Origin: Orbicella franksi | Taxonomy: Eukaryota | Direction of reading: 5' to 3' | NCBI GenBank assembly: GCA_964199315.1 | Contig: OZ116702.1 | Coordinates: 5,270,001 to 5,334,000 of the forward strand | DNA length: 64,000 bases | Shown here: piece after piece, positions 11,501 through 22,743 of the stretch | Position numbering within the stretch: position 1 is the stretch's first letter | Layout: every line of letters starts with the position of its first letter | Program-made: the position numbers and the translations under genes | The notes under the pieces: model-generated | What the model saw: the letters and a program-made list of their open reading frames with translations, nothing else | Database searches by the model: none | Told to the model about the DNA's origin: nothing

Positions 11501-14375
11501 TTCCGTGCCTCGATCATTAAAGAGGATTGAAGATTAAACCACGGCAAAAACAGTGAACAGTTAAAGAGCAACGGCAAAAGATTTTCAAAAATTGTAAAAT
11601 AATTCTTATACAAGTAATGCGAAAAACCTTCGTTCCCGGAAGTAAATTAAAGTCGGATTGAACCTGGAGCCTTTACTAACTTTAACCTGGCTTCGTTTAA
11701 AGCAATTCAGTCGAACTTAAATATTTACTTTTGCTTTAAGGTTTCAGTGACAGTGCGAGACAAACACATTCAAGGGAGTCCTTTCAAAGTCAACGTTGTC
11801 AACACTGGGGAATCGTATCTCAAGTTTGGCAGGAAGGGAACAGAAATTGGAGAATTCAATGGTATATTCGGAGTTGCTGTGGACGATGAAGGACATATAA
11901 TCATCACCGACTGCCACAATCACAGAGTACAAGTATTTAATCAAAATGGCGGATTTATGTTCCAGTTTGGACGTAAGGGAGAGGGCAGCGGACAGTTCCA
12001 GTGCCCCACAGGGGTCGGGGTGGATCCTGATGGAAGGATTGTTGTCTGTGAAAGACTGGGGAGCAGAATACAGGTAATGAAGAGTGGATTTCTAATGTCT
12101 GCCGAAAAAGTAAAACTAAACGGAAAATCCCTCAAATTGGCTCATATGAAAAAAATTATTGCAAAGTGTTGATATCAATCAACGTAAGCGTTCTGTATTC
12201 TGTATTTTAAGCAATCGGGAGCAAACCAAAAGCTCTTATGACTCGAATTTTCTCCGTGGCTTGGCGCCGGTTACCTGTTTCCCGTGGTTCTTAGCGGTTG
12301 CTGGTTTTCCCGCGCTCTAGCGGCGGGTGCATTATAGATAGTTAGTAGGCTTTAAGCTTCCCCATTAGAAGAGGGGTGTAACTAAGACTGACGTGTTAAT
12401 TAAGTTTTGGTGATTATGATAATAATAAAGATTTTGCTTTGCGTTCTGATTGGCTCCTTGCGTTATTCTATATTCGTTGTGATTGGCCAGATGTAGAGAT
12501 AAATGTTGTACTTTTGCCCGGTACTTTTGGTTAGATTTTACGGCCGTTCGTCAGAAAACCAGAACAAAACATCAAATCCTCAATTAAACTGGCCGCAATT
12601 TCAACGTTTTCATCGAGCAAATACGCAATTTGTAAAGTTGTTTAAAATGATCTATAATACAATGTCATGTAATATGTTTGATCAAAAATTGTAGGCTGCC
12701 CGCGTAAAACAACTGAAAGTCAGCGCTTCGTCAAAGCATGTAGTTGTGCAGTTTTACTTCCACAACTACAGAAGGATTCTTTCTGCCTCTCTAATCAACA
12801 GATTCTACTTTGTTGCATTTGCAGATTTTTGACCGAGATGGAATGTTCCTTCACAAGTTCTCGGTTCCAGATCTGAAAGCCTCCACGCTGGCAGTGGATG
12901 CAAACAGAAGAATCATTGTTGCTGACTCAGCAAATCGTTGTATTCACGTTATTTCTTTGGACACAGGTGAGGCAATGTTTTTTGTTTGTTTGTTTGTTGA
13001 TAGAAACGAAAGAAGTGACCGAGGCAAGTACCTCGATTTGCCTGTTACTAGCTACGGCCCTGAATTAGCATGCAAAAACGCTTCTTAAAACAGCAGTAAT
13101 TTGAACATTTTCTTTCTTCTCTTTCTTTTTATTTTTTCCCTTTTCTTTTCGTTCCCTGAGTTCAATTCCAGATATCATTTTGTCTGCTGCTTTTGCTTCT
13201 TTTGTCTGCTATTTAACCTGTCACTTTCTTCCTCCAGGTCAGTCGTTTAAGTTTGGTTCATTTGGCGACGGCAATGGTGAGCTGAATTACCCGTGCTACG
13301 TTGCGGTGAACTCCCAAGGACACATTATTGTCTCTGACATGCACAGCCACCGTATTCAGGTTTGTCACCCTATCTATCACTGTGTCTATAGAGCGTTTTT
13401 TTTTATTGGGTATCGTAAAATCAAAACCAAAGTAATCACTCGAGCAAACCACAAAGGACACAGTGAACCAATCAAAACTCAAAGTAATTGCATGTAGCCG
13501 ACGCAAAGCGCGGGAAAACGCGTGCGAACGAATCATGATTGGTTTTAGTTTTAGTTCTGATTGGATGAAAAAGTGGCGCGAGTTTTTTAAGCCAATCGTG
13601 TAGCGTAGTTTATGCAAAACCAATTACTTTTGGACATTCAAATGGAAACCGCTCTATTGCAGTAAGTCCAGCAATGATTCCAATAAGGAACCCCTGTCAG
13701 ACGAACGTACAACCTTTTAAAAGTGCTATCTACCTCTACTGTCCAGCAAAGCTAAGGTTGCAATACTTGCCATGTTAGCGCTCATCAGAGTCCTAAGTTA
13801 AGTTTACTTTTCAGTCGAGCACGATTTAATTTCGAAAGTTTAGTTTTAGAAGCCAAAGAGATAAAACCAAATTTTTAGATAGTGAAGTCCCTGCCCCCAA
13901 CAAATGTCATGCCTCTTAAAGCCCCCTCCGTTTATATGCGCCCAGAACACTAAATGGAATCACCACAGAAGTTAAGCAGGCTTGACGAGGACCTTAAGGC
14001 TTTTAATCACTAGTTACGTTGGATAAAGGAAAAAACATGATGATAACTGAACTAAAGCTACTTTCTTTCCAGGTTTTTGATTCACGTGGTCGTTTCTTGT
14101 TCAATTTCGGCCGCAAGGGTAGTCAGGACGGGGAATTAATGCGACCCACAGGAGTAGCCGTGGGGCACGATGGAAATATCATAGTCGCTGATAGAGACAA
14201 TCATCGTATTCAAGTCTTCTCTAGCGAGGGGCGTTTTATTACAAAGTTTGGTACCAAGGGGGACGGAGACGGGCAGCTGAATGATCCTCACGGCCTAGCA
14301 TTGACGCCAGAGGGAAATATAATTGTCGCAGACTTTCGTAATAATCGTGTTCAATTGTTCGGGCAACCGGCGTAA
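5556..14375 (+). CDS. TRIM-NHL E3 ubiquitin ligase (RING, B-box1, B-box2, coiled coil, filamin, 6 NHL repeats), TRIM71/LIN-41- or TRIM2/3-like, about 773 aa
   Basis: Exons with GT-AG ends and consistent phases: 5556-5606 (putative first exon; otherwise start at ATG 5926), 5917-6153 (RING CPLC..CLHTFC..C..CPAC), 6883-7092 (B-box1), 7950-8044, 8385-8785 (B-box2 and coiled coil), 9350-9623, 10129-10216, 11101-11166 (filamin), 11741-12073, 12825-12966, 13238-13359, 14073-14375 (NHL repeats, stop TAA). The exact orthologue cannot be resolved by eye. Confidence 0.92.
7166..7432. mobile_element. MITE with long imperfect TIRs (intronic)
   Basis: ctgtccaaacaggaaatgtttggcgaccaaacacgatca is mirrored by tgatcgtgtttgatcgccaaaaatttcccgtttggacag. 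Confidence 0.65.
7522..7740 (+). mobile_element. tRNA-derived SINE (truncated)
   Basis: Pol III A-box-like tggccaaatgg and B-box-like ggattcgagttct, followed by body gtgcctctctcc...gtataaatgggtaccggc shared with the copy at 29603. Confidence 0.7.
9700..10030. repeat. Degenerate (TCAG/GACA)n tetranucleotide tract in a TRIM intron
   Basis: Repeated gtcagtcagtcag and gacagacaga units. Confidence 0.7.
13389..13656. mobile_element. MITE with tagagcg(g)tttt..aaaccgctcta TIRs
   Basis: Terminal inverted repeats visible. The same element recurs at 37212-37495 (inside the duplication) and partially at about 9048-9245. Confidence 0.7.
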
Positions 14376-15703
14376 AAGTTAACCTTTGCAACGTTCATTT
14401 GCTGCTAGTAGTTCCACACACCGGAAAAAATTAGTCACCAGGCCAATGGAGAAAAAAAAGACAGTATCGTATATTGCCTTATTTGGAATGTGCATCATCA
14501 TTGGCTCACTATCGACACCGCCATTGGTTGGCCATGGGCACGTGTTCCGAATGTTTTACCATTTCATTCCTTTATTAGTTTACTTCCGGACCGTTGAGAT
14601 GTGAAGTCGCTGTTGAATTTAACTGGTTTATTACAGTCCCTCAACAGCAGGTGTATACTATGTTAAACTATGAAAATAGTGTTGCGTATTAATTTCGTGG
14701 GCTCGTCGGTGCTACTTCTCTCCCTCGCTGATTTTAATTGCGTTACCTCTCTTCGTGCATCATTCTAGAGTTTGCAACTGTTATTGCAGGCGAAAGATGA
14801 TCTCAATTCACACGTTTCCACATAGCCAGAAAAATTCAGGCGAAGTTGCGCGACCCTCGGCTTTCCATCCACGCGAGGGAGAGCCTCCCTACTGGTTTTT
14901 TCTTGGCGCAAAAAATCACAGCCAATCAGATGCATTGGATTTTCTCGTTAAGGAATTTTTTGGCTTAAATTTCAGCGATCTCTTTCGCGGTAGACCAAAG
15001 AAGCGCGTGTCCGCGCATGTCTTAATACGCGGCCTGTTTTCTCCCTCATTTCCACAGTACTTTTTAAAACGTTATTGTATATAATATGCAGATTAATTTA
15101 ACTTTATCTTTTTCCTTTCTTTATTCTTATCTATTGATAGTTACCATTGTCTAGTTTACGTATTAGGTTCTTGTAAGTTCATAGTTATTTTCCTTGATCA
15201 TTTACATTTTTTCATTATTAATTGGACTCTTCTGCAAACCACTGTGTAATTTAGGCTTCCTCATTAAAGATTAACGATTTAAATTTCTAAATTTAAATTG
15301 TACACTTAGTACTATTTCAAGTTACTTTTATTACCTCAGAATTCATATATTTTATATTATTTTTTAGCCTTTGCCATGCTTTTATGAGGGTTAGTGTAGT
15401 GTAAAAAACAAGAATTTTATTTCAATCAATTCTTTGAACATTATCTTTTTTAGCATTTCTTTGTTTACTCATCATCGTTTGGAATATCGAAATGACGTTT
15501 GGATTTTAACTGCTCATCCAAAACGCCGTTTCGCTGAGCTAATTCATTGATTGAAGATAATTTTGCTTAAATTTGTATTAATTATTTTTTTTGCTGTTTT
15601 TCTTTGTAAGAGGATATTTTTATTTCATATTTTGTTATCAAGAATTTCCTGAACTTTAGAGGAGTAGTAACTTACTTTGTAAAATAACTAAAATTAGCTA
15701 TTA

Positions 15704-15823
15704 GGCCAAGTTCAGACGCCTTACTTCACATGAGCCGAATCGAATGTTAATGAGGGAGAACAAAGGATATTTCTCATTTGCATTCGATTCGGCTCATGTG
15801 AAGTACGGCGTCTGAACTTGGCC
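15704..15823. mobile_element. 120-bp Tourist/Harbinger-like MITE, absent from the paralogous site
   Basis: TIRs of about 40 bp (ggccaagttcagacgcc.tacttcacatgagccgaatcgaatg), flanked by tta/ttg. Empty site gctattagtatc at about 39366-39377. Confidence 0.85.
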
Positions 15824-17607
15824 TTGGTATCAATAATGATGCTGGACGATGTTAGTTCAACATCAAGCCAAATGACAATTTATAAATCACACTTACGGCA
15901 CAAACACTCGATCGGCGACTTTTTAGTTTTACGAGAATACAATTGTAGTTTGAAGTTTTTTTTTAATATCTTTTCTGAACGCTTTCCCAGCGGAAACAAT
16001 AACTGAACCCGTCTTAGTTCAAGTCTAAAACTGATTCAATTCAAGTTTTATTATCTTTTAAAATCCTTCTGTTAAAACAACCTCATATCTTGCTGTGCAA
16101 TGGCAATAAATTATAATATGTAATCTGGCCATCAATGAGTCCTCCGTCTACACTACGCCCGAGAAATTTGAAAACGCAGCTCTGTTTCTACGGTTTGGCT
16201 TACCGTACACAATAATCTGTGACGAAAAACCGGAGGAATTTGAAAACGCCGGCTTTGTGTTTTAGAGTGAACGGAAAACATTTGATGTGTTTTCAGAGTG
16301 AAAATGCCATTGTGAAATTTCTCCGGAGTAGCCTGAGTGTGGACGGGGCGTAAATTCGAGGAAGCACGGTTCTCGTTCTATCCTTCCTTTCACTGTATTG
16401 CTTTAATTTTATGTCAAACGGCTTTGAAGCGGTTAAAAATTGCGAGGAAAGTGGTGAAGGCTTGAAATTACAAGAAGAAAAGTTTCATCAAAGCTTTTGA
16501 GAGATAACAATTCATAATTAACAATATTAAACAATTCCCATTTCTAAATTCCGCACAAATTCTAATATATTGTGGTTGTACTACAAATTAAAAAAAATAT
16601 TGTAACTTGAGAAGTGAATGCGTTTACTTTTCAGCTATTTGATGTCTTTAAAAATTAAGACTTTGATAAATACACATAATTTAGGTAGAACAATGCTTAC
16701 TCAATAAACAGAAAAGCCAAGCTAGTAAAGCAGTCTTTTAGCTAGATCCTACTTCCAAAACCTTCCCTTCACCTTTGGTTTGTGTGAGCAAAATAACTCT
16801 CGATACGGACACCTGAAGGAATAATGAATGAAAGCTATCAATAAACAACACAACTGCTACCAACATTTTCAAAGCCCACACGAAATTAGGAAGCTGGATT
16901 TCCGATAAATGAAAACTGAAGACATCAGTGCAATTAAGCACAAGCTTAAATACAAAATTACGAAGGATACGAAGCGAGATTTTCGATACATGCAAACAGG
17001 TAGCGATCCGCATCTCAAAACAAGTTATAAAAGGAAAAAACCTACCTTGGCAACTGAAAACTGGGAAAGTAAAGAGGAAGTCTCTTAAAACCGTTAAATG
17101 GTACACAAAAGCGAAGCAGCCAACACGAAGGAGGCAGAAAGTTCACTCGCATAAGCCAACTAGTACTCATATATGGGATCTAAACTGGTGCCCAGTCGTC
17201 TTAGAATTCCCTTCGATCACGTGACTCTCCTAAACAGCCAAACTTCTAGCTGCCAACTTAGTGTGAGCTTCGCACACAGGAAAATGCAATAATTATTGCA
17301 TTTTTTAGACTTTCGGTCCGCTACACCGGAAACGGAAGTCACTGAAGTCCTTCTGTCCGAGATGGCGGCAAGGCGAATTATCTTCGCATTGCACCAGGAG
17401 CCCCGCCCCTGGATTGCACACATATACAGTACTAATGTTTGGATCTAATCAAACCTTGGGAAATGTTGGGGTTGTTCTACGATGTTTTTCGTAATTCGTC
17501 TGGATTCCGATTTTTTTATCGAATGAAACGCTCAAGCTACGTTTTTTGCACGAGATCATACATATGCTTGCTGTGAAGGTAAGTTATCACTTTAACAATG
17601 ATTTTAA

Positions 17608-17899
17608 GGTGGCTCAAAACAGTTTCAAACACGTGGATTTTGATGGGTAGTTACAACCACTCTTTATCACTTGATGCTACAATCACGGTATCCTGGTATT
17701 GTTATCATTTTCGTGATGCAATAGCTTACCATAGCAACAGTATGACCTCCTAAAAACACCCTTAATCACAGCTTTAGGGGCTGATAATTCAAAAACGGCA
17801 CGGAGACATTTTCTTATATTATCAACTTTTGATGAGCATGATAAGACGCAACTTTTGGCAAAGTTTAAAATAATTCTGTTGGTAGGGTTCAGAGCCACC
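17608..17899. mobile_element. MITE in a TTAA-like target (Kolobok- or piggyBac-type ends)
   Basis: ttaa|ggtggctc ... gagccacc|ttac. Superfamily uncertain. Confidence 0.55.
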
Positions 17900-19513
17900 T
17901 TACCTACAGAATTTTTTTAAACTTTGCCAAAAGTTTAAAAAAAATAAAAATCAACATTGTTTATAATTAGGGAGGAAGGAGAGGGGGGGGGGGATGTTTT
18001 AAGACGCTCAAAAATCGAATTTTACTGCCAAGTGTCTCAACACTTTTGTTGCCTATTGTAGGCTCAGTTTAGAGCAAAACTTGTTGCACCATGCCCACTT
18101 CATGTGCTGCAACTTTTCTTTGTCGGTGATGGCGCTAGTTCACTGTCACTTTCATCACTCTCACTCTGACACTCAGCATTCCTTCACTTTCACTACACCA
18201 TGTTTCTCCCACTATGACATTGTCTTCCCCATCAATTTCAGAATCATTGAATCATTTGAAAATGTGAGTAATCATGTTAGTTTGTAAAAGGTGCTGGCTT
18301 GTCTTTGTCATCGTCACTAATGCCTTTCCCCCAACTTCTTGTAAATGGCTGGTTATTGAGGCTATCTTTTCATTTTTTAACTTCCTCTTCGATGGAAGGG
18401 AATATTTTTTCAAGCAGTTGTCAACTTAAAAAACATAAAGGGATTTCATCCCTCCATTGAGAAGTAACTCTCCACAGTTGTAATCCCCATAGCATTTGGA
18501 TGTGAACATGTTTGAAAAATGTTTGAATGACATTGGCTAGATTGTGAAAGATTTCACATTTGCATGGAATCTTAAAATGATTCATAGGCAAACCAAACAG
18601 CTAGTTTTGAATATCATTTACAAGATAAAATCGCTGCATTCGCTAAAACCATGCTGTGAATGTCAGTTGCATCCTTTTTATATATAAAGAATTTTTGAAA
18701 ATAATTTTGTTCGTTAATTAGCGAGCAAAATGTCATGGAGTTTCAGATGTTCAGAAACTCAAAAAAAAACTTGTATCAGCCATTTTAGAGGAGGTATGAA
18801 AGCTAACCAGGGTGGTGGTCAGAAATGGGAGAGTCATGATTTTACCATGGTTTGAGGGGTATCTCATGAGTATCTCATGAGATGAGGCCAGAAAAAGTTC
18901 CCTTAGACCATCAGGGGTTGGGGGGAAAGCTTTCAAAAATGCAAGGGAAACATTTAGAAATCCTCACACACCCCCATCTAGATAAATCATGAACCCCCGC
19001 TTACTGTCAGGAGATATAGAGCAATAGTGATGGAAGGTCTGGTTTCCTGTTCAACTGTAGGCTACTTAGTTAATTGGTTTAGGGCCACAAGATATTGGTG
19101 GAGGAGGTGATCACTTTAAATCAGTATCAAATCAGTTATATGGTGATTCAGATCATCACTTAGGAATGAATGCAGTTTCAATTATCCACAGCTTCCCATG
19201 AGACAATCAGTAAATTTATGAATTAAATGTTGAAAAAAGTACACATGAAGCTGTGTAAATAATTTTACAACTTCCAGCAGGAAAGGCATCTTCACAGGTT
19301 ATATTCATAAATATGTCATTCCTGAAGAATGGAGGATGACTCTGAAAGACATAAGCAAACTACTACAACAACCTTGGACTGATAAGAAAAGGAAGATTAA
19401 GTCTAGCATTTTTAATAAAATTCACTTATTTTTGTTTACTGCAAGTTTACGGCGTCTTTTCCCCTCATTTATTCCCAGCATTTGACCATTTTGGGGTCTC
19501 TTGTTATTGTAAG

Positions 19514-19690
19514 AAACAAATTGACGTCAGTTTTTTATGCGTCTCAGTCCTTCTATTGATGATAAATTACGTCATAACATTGTCAAAGTTTACTGCAGAA
19601 CAAGATTCCACAGCCACTTTGACAATGTTATGATGCAATTTATCATCAATAAGAGGACAGACGCATAAAAAATTGACGTCAAATTTGTTA
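19514..19690. mobile_element. Palindromic MITE (related, longer copy at about 27570-27905)
   Basis: aacaaattgacgtcagttttttatgcgtc is mirrored by gacgcataaaaaattgacgtcaaatttgtt. The same motifs occur at 27711-27900. Confidence 0.65.
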
Positions 19691-20439
19691 TTGGAAGGAT
19701 TTTGGCAGGTCGGACAAGCGCTTGACGCGTATTTGATGATAAAAAGGACGCAGGAAAGTTGTTAAACAAAAGGTGAACAATGGCATATAATGCCTAATGG
19801 AGCGCCGCAGAATGTAATACGACTTCCGGTTGTTGGGTATGCTTAAATGGAGGGACAACATTGACGATTGCCTGTGTAACCCATCTTAGGAGAGAGAACA
19901 CAAGATGGTAGTTTGAAAAGCGTATGTGCATTTTGTTGTGTGTGAAGAAATCTCATAGAAATTTCATAGAAATCTCGAGCTCACAATCTAATTATTAATT
20001 ATATTGTATCACGATAACTTTCATAAGGCAGATGATTTTGAAATGCTGTGAGAATAGTGCACTAGCCGAATTACCCTTTTTCAGTACCAAGATCTCAGAT
20101 GATTTTAAGAGTCGGATACGCGACAAATTACCCGTGATTAAATAAGATGGGAAGCACCAGTTGGGCTGCCAAGTATTGTATTCCTCGTGCTGCTTGAGCG
20201 CGAGCGCGAGCTGCTTGAGTGCTCTTCAAGCTTCTGAAGTACATCATAAATACCCTTGGTCGCGCCTAGCCGGGTACTTTAAAGGAAACAATAACGAAAG
20301 GCAAGGTTTTTAACGTTGTTTAATATTCTATTAACCACTTAATTTCACATTGCCAAAATTACTTTTAAAAGAAATAGAGCTGAACCTACTTTAACTGGTA
20401 ACAACTTAAACATAACAATGACGATAAACAAATTTATAA

Positions 20440-20820
20440 CAAGCACTTACTGACCGGCACCAAGGGAAACAGTGAGTTTTGTCTCCCCGAGACCCTCGGT
20501 GTTAACATGTGTGAACATTGAGGTCGAGGGGAAACAAAACTCACTGTTCCCCCGCGGGACCAGTCATTAAGTGTTTAGTTACACCTCCCAACTCAAAAAT
20601 AGAAAAAGACTGCGAAGAAATCATTTGCTTGACGCCAGCTGGCTCACAAATTTGCGGCGGTTTTAAGGAGTACGACCTGATCACGTGGGAGTCGAAAGTT
20701 CAAGTTTTGGTTCACTAGGGAGTTAGTGAGTTTTGTTCGTCAGTGAGTTTTGACCCACGACACGTGTGACACGTTCTCCTCCAATCGGAACACGTATTTG
20801 AGTTGGGAGGCATAACAATG
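20440..20820. mobile_element. Two adjacent palindromic MITE-like repeats
   Basis: aagcacttactgaccggcaccaagggaaacagtgagttttg mirrored by caaaactcactgttccccgcgggaccagtcattaagtgttt; acctcccaactcaaa mirrored by tttgagttgggaggcataac. Confidence 0.55.
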
Positions 20821-20828
20821 ATAGTTGT

Positions 20829-21300
20829 CTCCTTGCTACTCAAAAGGCAGCCACACTAAGCCGAATGTAACAATCGGGAAAAATAAGACGCTCCTACAAT
20901 CAAAAAAAAATAACACGTTCCCTATAACTGTTACTATAGCTGTTTGTTTGTTTGTTTGTTTGTTTGTTTGTTTGTATTTTCAGCACTCTCCTTGCTACTC
21001 AAAGGGTAGCCACACTAAGTCGAATATAACTAACCGGGAAATAACACGTACCCTATAACTGTTACTATAGCTGATTGTTTGTTTGTTTGTTTGTTTGTTT
21101 TGTATTTTCAGCACTCTCCTTGCTACTCAAAGGGTAGCCACACTAAGTCGAATATAACTAACAGAGATTTAATAACACGTTCCCTATAACTGTTACTATT
21201 ACGCTGTTTGTTTGTTTGTTTGTTTGTATTTTCAGCACTCTCCTTGCTACTCAAAAGGTAGCCACACTAAGTCGAGTGTAACTAACAGGAAAAATAAGAC
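20829..21300 (+). repeat. Tandem repeat, about 4 units of 124-159 bp, each containing a (GTTT)n microsatellite
   Basis: ctccttgctactcaaa(a/g)gg(c/t)agccacactaag starts at 20829, 20988, 21116 and 21240. Confidence 0.9.
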
Positions 21301-21479
21301 AGAGAAATTCTCTCTTAGCCTGTCGTTACCTACGCTGTTAGCCCTAGTAACGACTCAACGATGTCAAACTACTCTCGACAAAACCGTGTCAGTCTAAAAT
21401 AGCAGTTACAAAATGACTAAACGAAGACATTGTGTAACTAAAACAAGAATTTATCTAAAATCTACTTCCTATTGACTAC

Positions 21480-21867
21480 TTGTTACAACGAGCTAGTGCT
21501 TCTCAGCTTAAATGGGATGTCGACTTTTCTACTCCTAGATACAACACTGTTACTTATGGGAAGCACTCTCTGCGTTATGTAGGACCCAAATTATGGGGCA
21601 AACTGTCTTTGGCTGACAGATCAGCCAAGACACTGCAGGCTTTTACAAACTATATTCGCAAAAGGGATATAACTCGCTTAATGGACACCGGCTCTAAGGG
21701 CTGCATCCTATGCTGCACATAATGCCCTTCAAGTCATTTATTTTTTATTGTATTAATATTAGTATTAGTATAGTTTTTTAGCAGTGTCCCCTAATTAGTA
21801 TGGTGTATTATTTCCAGGCTATGAGGTTTTTTTTTGACACTTTAATAAAGTTCTCACTCACTCACTC
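21480..21867 (+). mobile_element. 5'-truncated non-LTR retrotransposon 3' end (L2/CR1-group-like)
   Basis: ORF 21480-21722 (PRYNTVTYGKHSLRYVGPKLW...KGCILCCT) resembles the C-terminus of L2/CR1-group ORF2. It is followed by a 3' UTR, AATAAA (21844) and a short tandem tail (tcac)3tc. Confidence 0.7.
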
Positions 21868-22692
21868 CGAAAGTTTTCAGGATGTATCTGCAAGAATTGA
21901 TAGCGAGGGCCATAGCAGTGTTGGTTGGATTACAGGCAGTTCCGGTGGGAATCACTCCACAGGACCCGATAAAGAGGTTCTCGTAAGCCCAGACTCGTGA
22001 GTTCTCATCTACAACACTTGTTCCGTCATCCTTTGCACCCATGCGACATGTACCCTTAGTATAAATAAAGAGTAATGTGTTATTTGCTTTTTTACATCTC
22101 GTGTAATTACAGTAATATATATCTATAAGGTAGCAACAATTGTAAGGAAATTTCATTGCACCAAATAACCAGGAACGTGCACCATTAGATATGAAAGATT
22201 TTTGGATGACCCATTTGTGACAGTAGTTATTTAATAGAGAGGGATGCAGGTACTGCACAATAAGACCTTTTTAAATAGTTGACACAGCATGTGAAGCCAA
22301 GTTATCCAAACTAGTCAAACTAGTAGAGGGCGTCTCAGTTGTTGTTCAGTGATTGAATTTCAATGCCTGCTAAAAACATTTTAAAGTTAACTATTTTCAT
22401 TATTGTGCTTTCGTTAGCTCTGGGTCGCTGTGTATGATTACAAGATGTTGAGTACACCACAAACGACTTGCTCATACCAAACGCAGCAGAGAACGGGTAA
22501 AACAGAAGTTTTGTTGATTGGCAAAGAATTTCTATTCGTTATAAATATTTGATATTAATCGTGGTTGTAACAATGATAGCTAGGACATGTAAATACCCCT
22601 AGTTTTTAGTTTTTAGTTACTTAGCGATTACTTAATTACAAACGACCCCACAAGCTCATGTAGCTTTAATACTCATCGTTTTAAAATAAAGG

Positions 22693-22743
<51 letters not shown>

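Larger units (their letters stand above)
13383..16758 (+). repeat. Segmental duplication, copy 1 (end of last TRIM intron, terminal exon, 3' UTR to just past AATAAA)
   Basis: Colinear with 37206-40378 from tgtctatagagcg to ttttagctagatcctacttc. AATAAA at 16703 corresponds to 40324. Confidence 0.9.

Noticed and set aside
14386-15084. ORFs downstream of the TRIM stop that recur at 38039-38756
   Set aside because: These are 3' UTR sequence; frames and lengths are not conserved between copies (indels), unlike the real exon.
16738-17224. 122-aa (-) and 98-aa (+) overlapping ORFs
   Set aside because: No recognisable domain and no splice partners; the lengths are compatible with chance.
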